Source: Antedon mediterranea (lineage: Eukaryota > Animalia > Echinodermata). Taken from it: a stretch of 64,000 bases of DNA. The stretch is taken from NCBI RefSeq assembly GCF_964355755.1, contig NC_092671.1:25618070-25682069 (forward strand). Direction: 5' to 3'. Below are positions 1-13,700 of the stretch, piece after piece. The notes below the pieces were generated by a model. It saw nothing but the letters and a program-made list of their open reading frames with translations. It was not told the DNA's origin and ran no database searches. Made by a program: the position numbers and the translations under genes. The number at the start of each line of letters is the position of its first letter. Position 1 is the stretch's first letter.

Positions 1-1494
1 TAGCACAAACAGCAGTTCGATCACTTTGAACTTCCGTTATTTTTAACTGCATTGGCCAGTGATGGCATTTCAAAGTGGTCAATTTTAAAAGCGGTTTTTA
101 CGATTGCAATCGAAGCTTGCTATGCAGGTACTGCCAAATTGAATATCAAAATGCATTATCATTTGGAATATTTGATCACAAATAGCAGTTATAACATCAA
201 TATCAGTTTAAACTTTTGTTATTTCAAACAGCATTGTGGCCAATGATGATGTAATTCATCGTACTCAAGCCAATTTTTGGTTGCAATTGAAGCACGCTAG
301 GTTAAAAAATGGCAGTTTAAGTCACTTTTTTAAATTTTAATCAGTAGAAAAACACCTTGGATCTATTTGATATCGCTTTTGAACCTAATTAAAAGCATAA
401 TTATTGTATATCATATTTATATCTCTCTATATTACTAGATATTATATCATTTATTTCTGTATTTTAACAGTTCATCAACTCTATATCTATTCAGTTACAT
501 AACAAAATGTTATCTTTTAATTCAAAGCAGAAATGATAAAACTATATGCTCATTCAAATTTAAATTTGTGAAAACTGTGAAATTTGGGGATGTAGAATAA
601 TATTAATTAGTAGAAAAAATAAATTTAAAATATACTTTAAATGCCTTTCAATTTTACACAAGTTAAAGTAATTTTTTGTCAACAAAGAAAAAACCAAAAG
701 TAAATTCAAATATTTTAAATAGCACAAACAAAAATGGATTGAGCAGGCAAGCAAACAGAATGTATTTTTACTGAGAAACAATTTTACTTGGTTATAGTTT
801 GTTTTAATTTTAGCACAATTAGCAATAACCATATGGCATATATACCACCACTATTCATTTACTGTTACTAGGAACGTTCATACAAAAAAAAAATACGCTC
901 TGAAGTAGCAGTTTGTTTGTTGCAAGCCCTGGGTAGTGCCTGTGAAGATACTCTTTGTATTAAGTTACTTCAACCTAACCCCCAGAGAGTAAATGTGCTA
1001 CTTCCGCATTCACAAGGAATATAATGATATGTGGTAGCAAATGAGCAATGCATACATGTATTAAGCATCGTGTGAATGCTCTTCAGAAGTAACGTGCATA
1101 TATAATTTTTGTTTGACGTAAATTTGACCTCAGACGAAAAGCCGTCTGAACGTAACTATTTTGGATAAAGTAAAAGTAAATAAGTGATTGAATGTATTCT
1201 TCTTCAACTTGTCATCGTATGAAGGAGAAATGGAAAACCAAAGCTCATCATAAACGAAAGTAAAATATTTGTATTTCTAAATCAAAACAACAATATTGCT
1301 TTTCAATATCTTTTGATCGTCACACAAATATGTAACTAAATCTAATATATGCATCAATATGAGGCAGGTGACAATGAGTGGAAGGATATTTGTATCATTT
1401 TTGTCATTTTCACAAAATAATGCCATGGGTTTTTATAACATTTGATATCATACAAGTAATATGGAATATACCATTATAGCACCCTCTATCTGCT

Positions 1495-1731
1495 TCATGC
1501 ATCAGTTTCTGTGTAGTCTTGTTTCACCAGAACAGCATTATCAGGAACATACTCCTCTAAATTCCTGGTGAATATCTCTGTATAGTGATAGAGAAGAGTC
1601 GTTGTGAACACATTTATGGAAGTCAAGGAAACCAGTGATGTTGTTTCTTCATCAGACCAGACAAGATTCGGACCAAAGACCACTCCAATATTAGGTTGTG
1701 ACATCTTGTTTACTTCACAATTGTTCGATAC
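1495..1731 (-). CDS. ARHGAP1: ARHGAP1-like last coding exon
   Basis: ttttag acceptor; VSNNCEVNKMSQPNIGVVFGPNLVW...DA, then TGA. Confidence 0.93.
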   Translation of the reverse strand, partial: VSNNCEVNKMSQPNIGVVFGPNLVWSDEETTSLVSLTSINVFTTTLLYHYTEIFTRNLEEYVPDNAVLVKQDYTETDA

Positions 1732-4700
1732 CTAAAAAATTAAGAGCATTTTGTGATAGTACACATACAGTAATTATAAACTTAATAGTCTTTAATTGTC
1801 AATCTAGAGGGTTGGTTTATAACAAAATAAAAATGTAACAATGGATTTCGTTGCTAACGTAGAGATACATATGTACTCTTTCAGGAGGTATTTAAAAAAA
1901 ACAATAACTGATGCTTCTTTTATGAAATAAATAAATTTGTTTCCAAGATATGAAATAAACGAGATAACTGAAAAATACATACCTGGTTTCAGCAGTTTAG
2001 ATTTAATTATGGATATATAGGTACAGTAATACAATGTAATCCCTTACAACATATACTGTATATATTTTCTGGCTGTTTTACTTTATTGTTTTGATTTAGC
2101 TTTTGCTTATTTTTTTTGTATCTCTATTTAGATCCAGCCTGATACCCACATCATTGTCATTTCAGTAATTTGTTGAATTAAATTTTGTAACTTGAACTTG
2201 AATAAACTTATTTAGCTATACATCCAGCCAAAAAAAATAAATTGTAAACTTCTACTCTCGTCTACAGATTGCTTTGTGTTGAATATTACTAAAGGTAAGT
2301 ACACTAGAGGTAAGTCTGTCATGATAAGGGCTTAGGGATACACATGCTTTTGATCAGTTTTTACTTAATAATCTGATACTTGGATTAGAAAATTTCAAGT
2401 AGAAAATTATAGTCTTTTAATATGTTACAACACCAAATGACTATTGCTACTGTATCATTTAAGTCTAAATCGTGTTTGAAACACACCTTCAACCGTATTT
2501 TGGGTTTAATATGAAAAATATTCATACAACTCTAAAACAAGCTCTTTCCAGACATATGCTCTATATTTCACTGGCTCCTGTTTAGTAGTGTGGAGGAAGG
2601 AAGTTTCTTGGGACAAATATTGAATTAAAAGGCTATATTCACTTGTCCAATTGAAAGGTAATGGATAATCTAACTAACAATAACTAATAATCAAGCACAG
2701 CATAGAAAATATCTTGGTACCTGCTACATTGATAACATAACAAGGCTACACAGGGATGGGTACAGGTAAAATGTAATAATGTAAAATTGCAACCAAATTT
2801 ATTTTCCAAATTGCATGAAATTAAATAATAAGGTCAATATGTAAAATGAAGCAAAATGGAGGGAAAACCAAAAGAGAAATGCTCGTTTGTGTGGCTACCC
2901 TTATACATATAAAAAGAACAATAAAAACAAGGCAATGGAAAACATAAACAAATAAGACAAATTACTTAACAAAGCAAACTATACATTTTGTTAAAAATAA
3001 AGTAAAGCAAAGAATTTTACATATAAATGATAAAAACACAGGATTTTAACGTAAAGTAGAGCAAAAAAGCATAAGAATTCATCTATCAACGTACTAAACA
3101 CGAAACACGAGTTGATATGCCTGATCGCAATAATTCCTAACCAATAAAAATATATAAAACTCCACATACCTCAACTAACAGTTTCATAAGATAATCAAGA
3201 ATCATGTAATTATCATCTGGTAACTGTTCACTGACCAGCTTCCTACACATTTCAATTCTAACATCCTCATCAGGTGTGTCTGCAAAACAGTTTATTTTTC
3301 CATATTATGATAAACAATAAAAAAAAAAAAATATGTATACATTATGAAAGGATGACCAAAAAAGAGTGAAGCCCATACAGGGTTTGGCCACATTTAAAAA
3401 GAAAAAAAACAGCACAAGCTGAGATAACCAGAGATTTCCCTCTTCCCTGAGATAATTAACATGTTGGAGATATAAAACAAAAACAATACACTGTACATAC
3501 ATATTTTGATCAGAGTCCTTATTGATAAGTTAAAAACAAGTTATTTTTGTACTTTTTGAAATATTAGGAGATGATGAATTTCAAATAGAGGCGTCAACTG
3601 ATCATTGGTGATACATGTAAATCTCGTGAACTGTAGTTTTGTTGCATCTAAAGCAACTGTGCAAATGTGAAAGATTACTGTGATTAAGACACCTTCCCAC
3701 CTCACACTATTAGGTGCAATTTCCCTGATTAAAGTAGTTAGTATAGTAGACACAATTGAAGAAAAAGAGTTTATTAAAGCCAACTTACACAGCTGAGCGG
3801 TATAATGGTAAGTGGTAACGGTATTAGCGAAAAACAAAAATATAGAATCTATATTTCTATATATTCTATATTTATTTATTTTTTTTTTAAGGTGTTGAAA
3901 GGTTACTGTCCCCATTCTTTCAATGAGTATATTAAAACTAGTGAAAGATGTCCGGGTAGGCTTTTACGTTGGAATTCGAAAGGCAATACTTTTCATAATT
4001 CTGTATTTGTTTCCTTTCCTAGACTATGGGAGCAAATACCAAATGACATAAAAGATTCACAAACAATTTCAATATTTAAGGCTGCTCTAACAAAACACTA
4101 TATTTCATGTTATGTATAATTTATTTGTATTTTTCTTGTATATGGTTTTATCTTTAACTGATTGTATTGTATGGAGTGAGTGCAGAATCTGTTTGGGCTT
4201 TAGCCTATTCTCATTCCTGGTTATTTTTACATTGATGACCGAATAAATATTATTATTATTATTAATGCCAATTAACACAGATAAGCGGTAACGGTAAGCA
4301 GAAAACCAGTTGTGCAGCTTGTCCCACGTAAAATCTCTATCTATCATGAGAATTTTTCCACTTAACTGCTGCGCATTTTAAGTAAATGGTCATCAGAAAT
4401 AATCTGAATTCTATATCTTTCACGTATAGATACCATTTACTAGTTAATCAGCCTTTTTAAATTTGAAATACAATGTGAATACATTAATACTAAAGATAAA
4501 ATAATCTTTGTTGTTTAATATAAAACATGCTTACCATGCACTTTCATTATGTCATTGTAGAGTTTAAAGGTCATGATTGGTTCAGGAAGTTCTCGGAAAA
4601 AGGTCTTGAGTATCAACGCTGGTATGTGCACATCACGCAATTCGTTGAAATCAACTTTCTCACCTGCGGAGTAAAAAACAAAAAGTTCCACTCACAGCAC

Positions 4701-7700
4701 CTTTACAAGTACGAAAGGTTATTTACATTTCTGGCATCAAAATTTGTGAAAATATATATTTTGAAATGTTGTGGTTTTGGTTGAGTGGCAGCAATTGCTA
4801 TAAATTTGGCGCAGGTATAATGCTATAGTTCTAGTGTCCACATATAACTTTCGGGGCGTAGGGGATACACTATGGCAATACACTCTTGTCATGTGGTTGT
4901 TTTGATTGGTCAGTTAAATCGACATTCCGAAAAACTTTGGGCTTTGACCCACATTTGTATAGCAGGGTGGCTTGCAAAAAAAACACATATGGCTCGACGT
5001 TAGTAAACGTACTAAACGCAATTGATGTGTGTTTGGATCGCAATATAATGTCAAATCATGTGTGAACACAGTGTGTGCGTGTCATGTCTCTTATAAAGGG
5101 GTAACCCCAGGCTGCCCTGGATTTTTTCAGTGGATCATCAGCACAATTTTTACTTATTATGTTGGTCCAGCTGGGCAGTTGGGCCATGGGTTGGTATCGG
5201 GAAGAGAATTTTAGGCAGCATTTGCGAAACGTCGACTTGACTAATGGATAATATGTAATTACCATTATTAAATTGTTGATGAACCTCCTTTACTATTTGT
5301 GCATTGGGGCAACGACGAAATACACCTTCAACATCAAGAGCTGCAGACAAAACAAAAAAATAGAATGATGTTATGATGCTGAACTGAATCAACTACAATC
5401 AACTCTCCTAATAACAAAATCCCTCTAAAAAGCAGACTTTTTTCCAGCTCCAAAATGGCCACCCTCATTTACTATCATTAAAAACCCATTCATATTTTGT
5501 CTGGTATTGAGGACAGTTGTGTTTATATGGTTTGCTAACTGTATTTTGTGTACAGTTATTGTCATTTTCTGTAGTGTGTATCAAACAACACATTTCCAAT
5601 GTTTTTTTTTTCTTTATATGAATCATTGGACAATAAAAGTTTTTGAATTTTAAATGTTATGGTAATTTTCTTCAAAATCATTTAGGAAATATTTTCTTTT
5701 GCATATTATCGTAGTGAATACAATTCCTGTCATTGTTGATGGTATAGAGTTGGTGTAATACTCCAAACTAGTGTTATGATAGTATAGAGTCAATGTAATA
5801 CTCTAAACTAGTGTTATGATGGTATAGAGTCAGTGTAATACTCCAAACTAGTGTTATGACGGTATAGAGTCAGTGTAATACTCCAAACTAGTGTTATGAT
5901 GGTATAGAGTCAGTGTAATACTCTAAACTAGTGTTATGATGGTATAGAGTCAGTGTAATACTCCAAACTAGTGTTATGATGGTATAGAGTCAGTCTAATA
6001 CTCCAAACTAGTGTTATGTTGGTATAGAGTCAGTGTAATACCCCAAACTAGTGTTATGATGGTATAGAGTCAGTGTAATACTCCAAACTAGTGTTATGAT
6101 GGTATAGAGTCAGTCTAATACTCCAAACTAGTGTTATGATGGTATAGAGTCAGTGTAATACTCCAAACTAGTGTTATGTTGGTATAGAGTCAGTGTAATA
6201 CTCCAAACTAGTGTTATGATGGTATAGAGTCAGTGTAATACTCCAAACTAGTGTTATGTTGGTATAGAGTCAGTCTAATACTCCAAACTAGTGTTATGAT
6301 GGTATAGAGTCAGTCTAATACTCCAAACTAGTGTTATGTTGGTATAGAGTCAGTGTAATACTCCAAACTAGTGTTATGATGGTATAGAGTCAGTGTAATA
6401 CTCCAAACTAGTGTTATGATGGTATAGAGTCAGTGTAATACTCCAAACTAGTGTTATGATGATATAGAGTCAGTGTAATACTCCAAACTAGTGTTATGAT
6501 GGTATAGAGTCAGTGTAATACTCTAAACTAGTGTTATGATGGTATAGAGTCAGTGTAATACTCTAAACTAGTGTTATGATGGTATAGAGTCAGTGTAATA
6601 CCCCAAACTAGTGTTATGATGGTATAGAGTCAGTCTAATACTCCAAACTAGTGTTATGTTGGTATAGAGTCAGTGTAATACTCCAAACTAGTGTTATGAT
6701 GGTATAGAGTCAGTGTAATACTCTAAACTAGTGTTATGATGGTATAGAGTCAGTGTAATACTCCAAACTAGTGTTATGATGGTATAGAGTCAGTGTAATA
6801 CTCCAAACTAGTGTTATGATGGTATAGAGTCAGTGTAATACTCCAAACTAGTGTTATGATGATATAGAGTCAGTGTAATACTCCAAACTAGTGTTATGAT
6901 GGTATAGAGTCAGTGTAATACTCTAAACTAGTGTTATGATGGTATAGAGTCAGTGTAATACTCTAAACTAGTGTTATGATGGTATAAAGTCAGTGTAATA
7001 CTCCAAACTAGTGTTATGACGGTATAGAGTCAGTGTAATACTCCAAACTAGTGTTATGACGGTATAGAGTCAGTGTAATACTCCAAACTAGTGTTATGAT
7101 GGTATAGAGTCAGTGTAATACTCTAAACTAGTGTTATGATGGTATAGAGTCAGTGTAATACTCCAAACTAGTGTTATGATGGTATAGAGTCAGTCTAATA
7201 CTCCAAACTAGTGTTATGTTGGTATAGAGTCAGTGTAATACCCCAAACTAGTGTTATGATGGTATAGAGTCAGTGTAATACTCCAAACTAGTGTTATGAT
7301 GGTATAGAGTCAGTCTAATACTCCAAACTAGTGTTATGATGGTATAGAGTCAGTGTAATACTCCAAACTAGTGTTATGTTGGTATAGAGTCAGTGTAATA
7401 CTCCAAACTAGTGTTATGATGGTATAGAGTCAGTGTAATACTCCAAACTAGTGTTATGTTGGTATAGAGTCAGTCTAATACTCCAAACTAGTGTTATGAT
7501 GGTATAGAGTCAGTCTAATACTCCAAACTAGTGTTATGTTGGTATAGAGTCAGTGTAATACTCCAAACTAGTGTTATGATGGTATAGAGTCAGTGTAATA
7601 CTCCAAACTAGTGTTATGATGGTATAGAGTCAGTGTAATACTCCAAACTAGTGTTATGATGATATAGAGTCAGTGTAATACTCCAAACTAGTGTTATGAT

Positions 7701-10700
7701 GGTATAGAGTCAGTGTAATACTCTAAACTAGTGTTATGATGGTATAGAGTCAGTGTAATACTCTAAACTAGTGTTATGATGGTATAGAGTCAGTGTAATA
7801 CCCCAAACTAGTGTTATGATGGTATAGAGTCAGTCTAATACTCCAAACTAGTGTTATGTTGGTATAGAGTCAGTGTAATACTCCAAACTAGTGTTATGAT
7901 GGTATAGAGTCAGTGTAATACTCCAAACTAGTGTTATGATGGTATAGAGTCAGTGTAATACTCCAAACTAGTGTTATGATGATATAGAGTCAGTGTAATA
8001 CTCCAAACTAGTGTTATGATGGTATAGAGTCAGTGTAATACTCTAAACTAGTGTTATGATGGTATAGAGTCAGTGTAATACTCTAAACTAGTGTTATGAT
8101 GGTATAAAGTCAGTGTAATACTCCAAACTAGTGTTATGACGGTATAGAGTCAGTGTAATACTCCAAACTAGTGTTATGACGGTATAGAGTCAGTGTAATA
8201 CTCCAAACTAGTGTTATGATGGTATAGAGTCAGTGTAATACTCCAAACTAGTGCTATGATGGTATAGAGTCAGTGTAATACTCCAAACTAGTGTTATGAT
8301 GGTATAGAGTCAGTGTAATACTCCAAACTAGTGTAATGATGGTATAGAGTCAGTGTAATACTCCAAACTAGTGTTATGATGGTATAGAGTCAGTGTAATA
8401 CTCCAAACTAGTGTTATGATGGTATAGAGTCAGTCTAATACTCCAAACTAGTGTAATGATGGTATAGAGTCAGTGTAATACTCCAAACTAGTGCTATGAT
8501 GGTATAGAGTCAGTGTAATACTCCAAACTAGTGTTATGATGGTATAGAGTCAGTGTAATACTCCAAACTAGTGTAATGATGGTATAGAGTCAGTGTAATA
8601 CTCCAAACTAGTGTTATGATGGTATAGAGTCAGTGTAATACTCCAAACTAGTGTTATGACGGTATAGAGTCAGTGTAATACTCCAAACTAGTGTTATGAT
8701 GGTATAGAGTCAGTCTAATACTCCAAACTAGTGTAATGATGGTATAGAGTCAGTGTAATACTCCAAACTAGTGTTTAAGACACTAGTACATTGCAATTAT
8801 ATACTGTTATAAGTTTGAACACCTATGTATCATACAGTAGTTACCATTTTGTCTGAGGTGGGTAACACATTGACGAACGACTTTTGGAATTGGGTCACCA
8901 TTGCATTGTTTCTTCAAACTGAAAAAGAAATAGACAAAAAAGGGTTTGAAAATAACTACAAAAAACTACTATACAACAACGTCGATGATACTGTAGATAT
9001 ATATGTGATAATAAAATAAAATACAATAATAATAATCTTTGATATCTAGGCATGGAGCTATAAAGTATAAAGCTCCATGATCTGGGTAATATAATATTTA
9101 CTCTTGGAGACTTCCATGATATTATATCGAACATTATATTTTAATGGAATTAAGGAATTGATTTCAAATGATTATTTATTTTGGCTCTACTAACATTTTT
9201 TTTTAAATCTAATCGGTGTGATTATCAAATGTCTGGTAACAAGAGATTCATGCAATAATGATCTCTATGATTAATCTGCATCTCAAGAGAAAACAAAAAC
9301 ATGGCAATAGAAAAAAAATGTATTCTTGAAGTAAGCTATATTTATCCATCATAAAAGTAACAGAATGTGTTGTGAAAAACTGGCATACACAAACACATAA
9401 TTGAAAATAATAACAATTCATTCATACATAAGCCTCAATCACTGAACGCCAGTTATGTTTGGGACAATTCATTCATACATAAGCCTCAATCACTGAACGC
9501 CAGTTAACAATTCATTCATACATAAGCCTCAATCACTGAACGCCAGTTAACAATTCATTCATACATAAGCCTCAATCACTGAACGCCAATTAACAATTCA
9601 TTCATACATAAGCCTCAATCACTGAACGCCAGTTAACAATTCATTCATAAGCCTCAATCACTGAACGCCAGTTAACAATTCATTCATACATAAGCCTCAA
9701 TCACTGAACGCCAGTTAACAATTCATTCATACATAAGCCTCAATCACTGAACGCCAGTTATGTTTGGGACAATTCATTCATACATAAGCCTCAATCACTG
9801 AACGCATAGCTTTGTATCTGTGTCATCCACTGAAATGAAAATAATATTTATTACAAAGTTATGACAATTTCGTAAATCATTTATGTAAAGCATTATGGAA
9901 AAACGATCATCTTTATTGATTGATAATATTGAACATAATTCGATCCCATAAGTGTTTTTGTGTTATTTAATATTGTTTAATCTGTACATTAGTTAAATAA
10001 TTACTTTTGATTTTTTATTGTTGTTTTATGTTTATTCCTTAAACGCACTGTTTGACCAGTTTGCCAATAAAGATTATTATTATGCAAGTCTTTCATTTAA
10101 AAGTGAGGTATAAATTATTTAATATTGTACTTATACCAAAGTTTGCAAGGTATGTACAATAATCTTATGTATGGCAATAGCAGGGAAAAGGTATTCTGGA
10201 AACTATGAATATTGATCTCTTAAATAGACACTTTTTTAATAATCAATATAGTAAATGTCATAAAATCCATTAAAAATTTAAATTATTAAAAACAAATTTG
10301 TCCCTAGGAATTATACCTCATTAGGTAATACAATTTCCAGTTCATGATTAAACTTGAATGCATGACTTTCACTATGAAATTGCTTCAATGCATTATTTAT
10401 CGTCTACTGTGTGCTATTTACATAATATATGCTATTAGTATACTGTACACAAGTATTTCAGTTGGTGAATTCGATTTGGCATGCATTAGAAAAATTCACT
10501 GTAGACTAGCCTATTAATTTAATTCTGTTTGCCGAGTTGGCTTATTCTTTTAAAAATGGGGTTGTCTTATGAGTTACCACAGAATGTAAACAAAGATTTT
10601 ATGGCAATTACCTTGAATGGCAATTATGTTTCATAATATGTTTTAATAATTTACTTGTGTGACACTAACAATATCAATGTTCGATGTTGTTTTGTGTGCA

Positions 10701-13700
10701 CATTTTTTGTGATGACACCTTTTGTGTAATGAATAAACAAGAAATATTTCTTACAAAAAACGCTGCTCGCTTATTGACGTAACAGTTTTAAAGATATATT
10801 GTCTCTCTGAAAAATATTTTTTATTTCAAATTTGTGTGTTGTCACATAATAGTTATTTTACCTGAAAAAATGTAATTTAATGCAAAAAATACTTAAATTG
10901 TCTGTCAGACAATGGTTTTTGAGTTATAATTAAACGTTTTTTTTTTTTTTTTATATGTGAACAAATATTATTTTTTTGTTACAGAGTTTGTGTTTCATAT
11001 CAGTCACTTTAGTTTATTTTATTGGTAAGGTCAAGTCTGGGGGTCACTTCATCATGCCTAGATACTTCATTCAAGTGTGAAGTATCATCTGACAGGGAAT
11101 TATAAAATATCATGGGACTCATAAATACCACAAATGCTTTGGGATTTGTCATTCAACCGTTAGACTCTTTCCCAGACGTTTTTTTGTGGTACCTATAAAT
11201 TACAGTCGAGTATACATTTTAGCAAAACTGTCAACCTTAGATATATAACTGCTGCTTTACTTTCGGTTTCTTAATGAGTCATCCTCCTGGGACGTAGCGG
11301 GCTAAAGCAGCAGCGTGAAAAAAACATGATAAAGGGGATTTCTAACCAAAGTTATAACTAATACTCACAATTCTAATGGAACATTGAACTGTTGTGTTTG
11401 TGGGTACTCTTTGACAGGCCCATCTGTATTCGTTGATACAGCAGGTTTTTTACCGTGTCGAACTAGTTCACGATCATCATGCCTGTAACAAAAAGATTGT
11501 ATTACATAAACGAATCCATAGTGCAATGCATAAGTAGCAGCATTATTTTTAATACAGTGTTACCGTACATTTGAATATAACTCTTTACATGTTTTATGCA
11601 AAGATAATCCCTTATAACAAGGGATCATCTCTGCAGCCATTTCCAGTAGAAAATGATTTATTTATTTTGAATACAAATAAAAATTAATATATTCTATTAT
11701 CATTAAATGTTAAAACTGTAATTTTAATTATGATGTAATTGATGTACTGTATCTCCCACTCGTGGAAAGTGAAACATGTTTCAATAAAATTAAACCTCAT
11801 ATATACTACAAGGAACTTCAGTATAACTACTATCTGCAAATTTACATAACCCTTGCAACTGAAATACATATTGCATATAATACAATAGAATTTTTTAGTA
11901 CAAGATCTTGAAATTAAAGCGAAGAACTGCAGGAAAATTTAGTATTGTATCTGTACTAGTACAGTAACTACTATCCATTACAATATTTTAATGTGAAATT
12001 TGTTTGGAATTGTGAGTAAAGTATTTCCAAGGGGCCTAGATACATTAGATGGCAATGTAGGATGGAATACTCAGGCATAATATGGTAATCTATCTAAAGG
12101 CCAATTTACACAGATGAGGGGTAACTGTAAGCGAAAAACCGTGTAGCTTTTCCCACATAAAATCTGTATTTTTTCCAATCTGTGTTTTGTGTAAATGGTC
12201 ATAAGAAATAACATAGATCCGATATATTTGTTTTCCGCTTACCGTTACCACTCATCTCTGTAAATTGCCCTTTAAGTTTCCTTTTATAAATGTACATCAA
12301 AGCGTCAAGTTAAAAGTTTTATTATTTAAAATCAAATTTCATTATCATAAAATTATATTTACAGATAAATATTGAAATGATTAATTGTTTTGTTAAAAAG
12401 TGTCTGTCAAGAGTTGCAAAATTCAATTTTAAATATTAAAGATAAATTGAAAAGGAATAGGATGGATTGCTATTAGACCTAGGCAATGATTAGGTTATTG
12501 AGCTCACTATAAAAGTCTTGGGTATAATGTAGATACTGTGGCATTCTATAGTTTTTAAAAGAGACTATTAGCCAATACAATGTTGCCTTGGTACACACAT
12601 GCATAAGCACATACCTTATCTTTCTAATGAGTTTTTTACATAGTAAATGTACACGGTGACTAACTAGCATGTGAAAGTATTGTATAGTCAGACTATCCTG
12701 GGAGATATCCAGTAACAGTTTGTTACATTTTGGTATGCGTGTTATGTGTGAATCATGTATAAAGATTCATAAAATAAATTACATATGAAGTATAAATTAT
12801 GATTTGAATATTATAAATAAAGGATTTTAAAACAAATGATTAATTTGCAGGTTTTTATCACTTAAAAAAGGTGTAAAAATATTATTTAAAGACCCATTTA
12901 TTACAACCATTGTTGATGTTTTGTCAACATAATGCATATATTACTTTAGAAACTTTGAACCAAGTCTTTCCTTGTCTCAAATGTACGTTTTATGGTAAGT
13001 TATGATCAAAAGAGAGAAACAAGGGCCGCTTTAATCATTAGAATCAACTTGTTTTTCACATTTTTAACTATTTAAAGATGAAAAAAGTTATAGTATTTAT
13101 TTTTACAATAAATGTAGTTAATTAGATCTAATGTAGATAATTTTAACTTTAATTCATACATTTTTTTTATAAAAAAACGCTTAAGGACTTTTATCTGTTA
13201 GAATGTATTAGTAATGAAAACTGCCATGACTTTTTAATGAAAGCGTGGACTCAAAAATATTTCAGATGGTTTTCTAGGTTTTCAATTTTAAACCTGTATG
13301 AATCCTATGCTGTATGAATCCTATGCTGTATGAATCCTATGATGTATGAATCCTATGCTGTATGAATCCTATGCTGTATGAATTCTATGCTGTATGAATC
13401 CTATGCTGTATGAATCCTATGCTGTATGAATCCTATGCTGTATGAATCCTATGCTGTATGAATTCTGTGCTATATGAATCCTGTGCTGTATGAATCCTAT
13501 GCTGTATGAATCCTATGCTGTATGAATCCTATGCTGAATGAATTCTATGCTGAATGAATTCTATGCTGTATGAATCCTGTGCTGTATGAATTCTGTGCTG
13601 TATGAATTCTATGCTGTATGAATCCTGTGCTGTATGAATCCTGTGCTGTATGAATCCTATGCTGTATGAATCCTATGCTGTATGAATCCTATGCTGTATG

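Noticed and set aside
5741-8775. CRISPR-like regular array
   Set aside because: Head-to-tail identical units with no unique spacers and no cas genes, inside a eukaryotic intron. The same applies to the 43-, 17-, 51- and 42-bp arrays.
10995-11060. Intronic C/D snoRNA candidate (ATGATGA...CTGA, minus strand)
   Set aside because: Short, no terminal stem, and no recognisable rRNA or snRNA antisense element.
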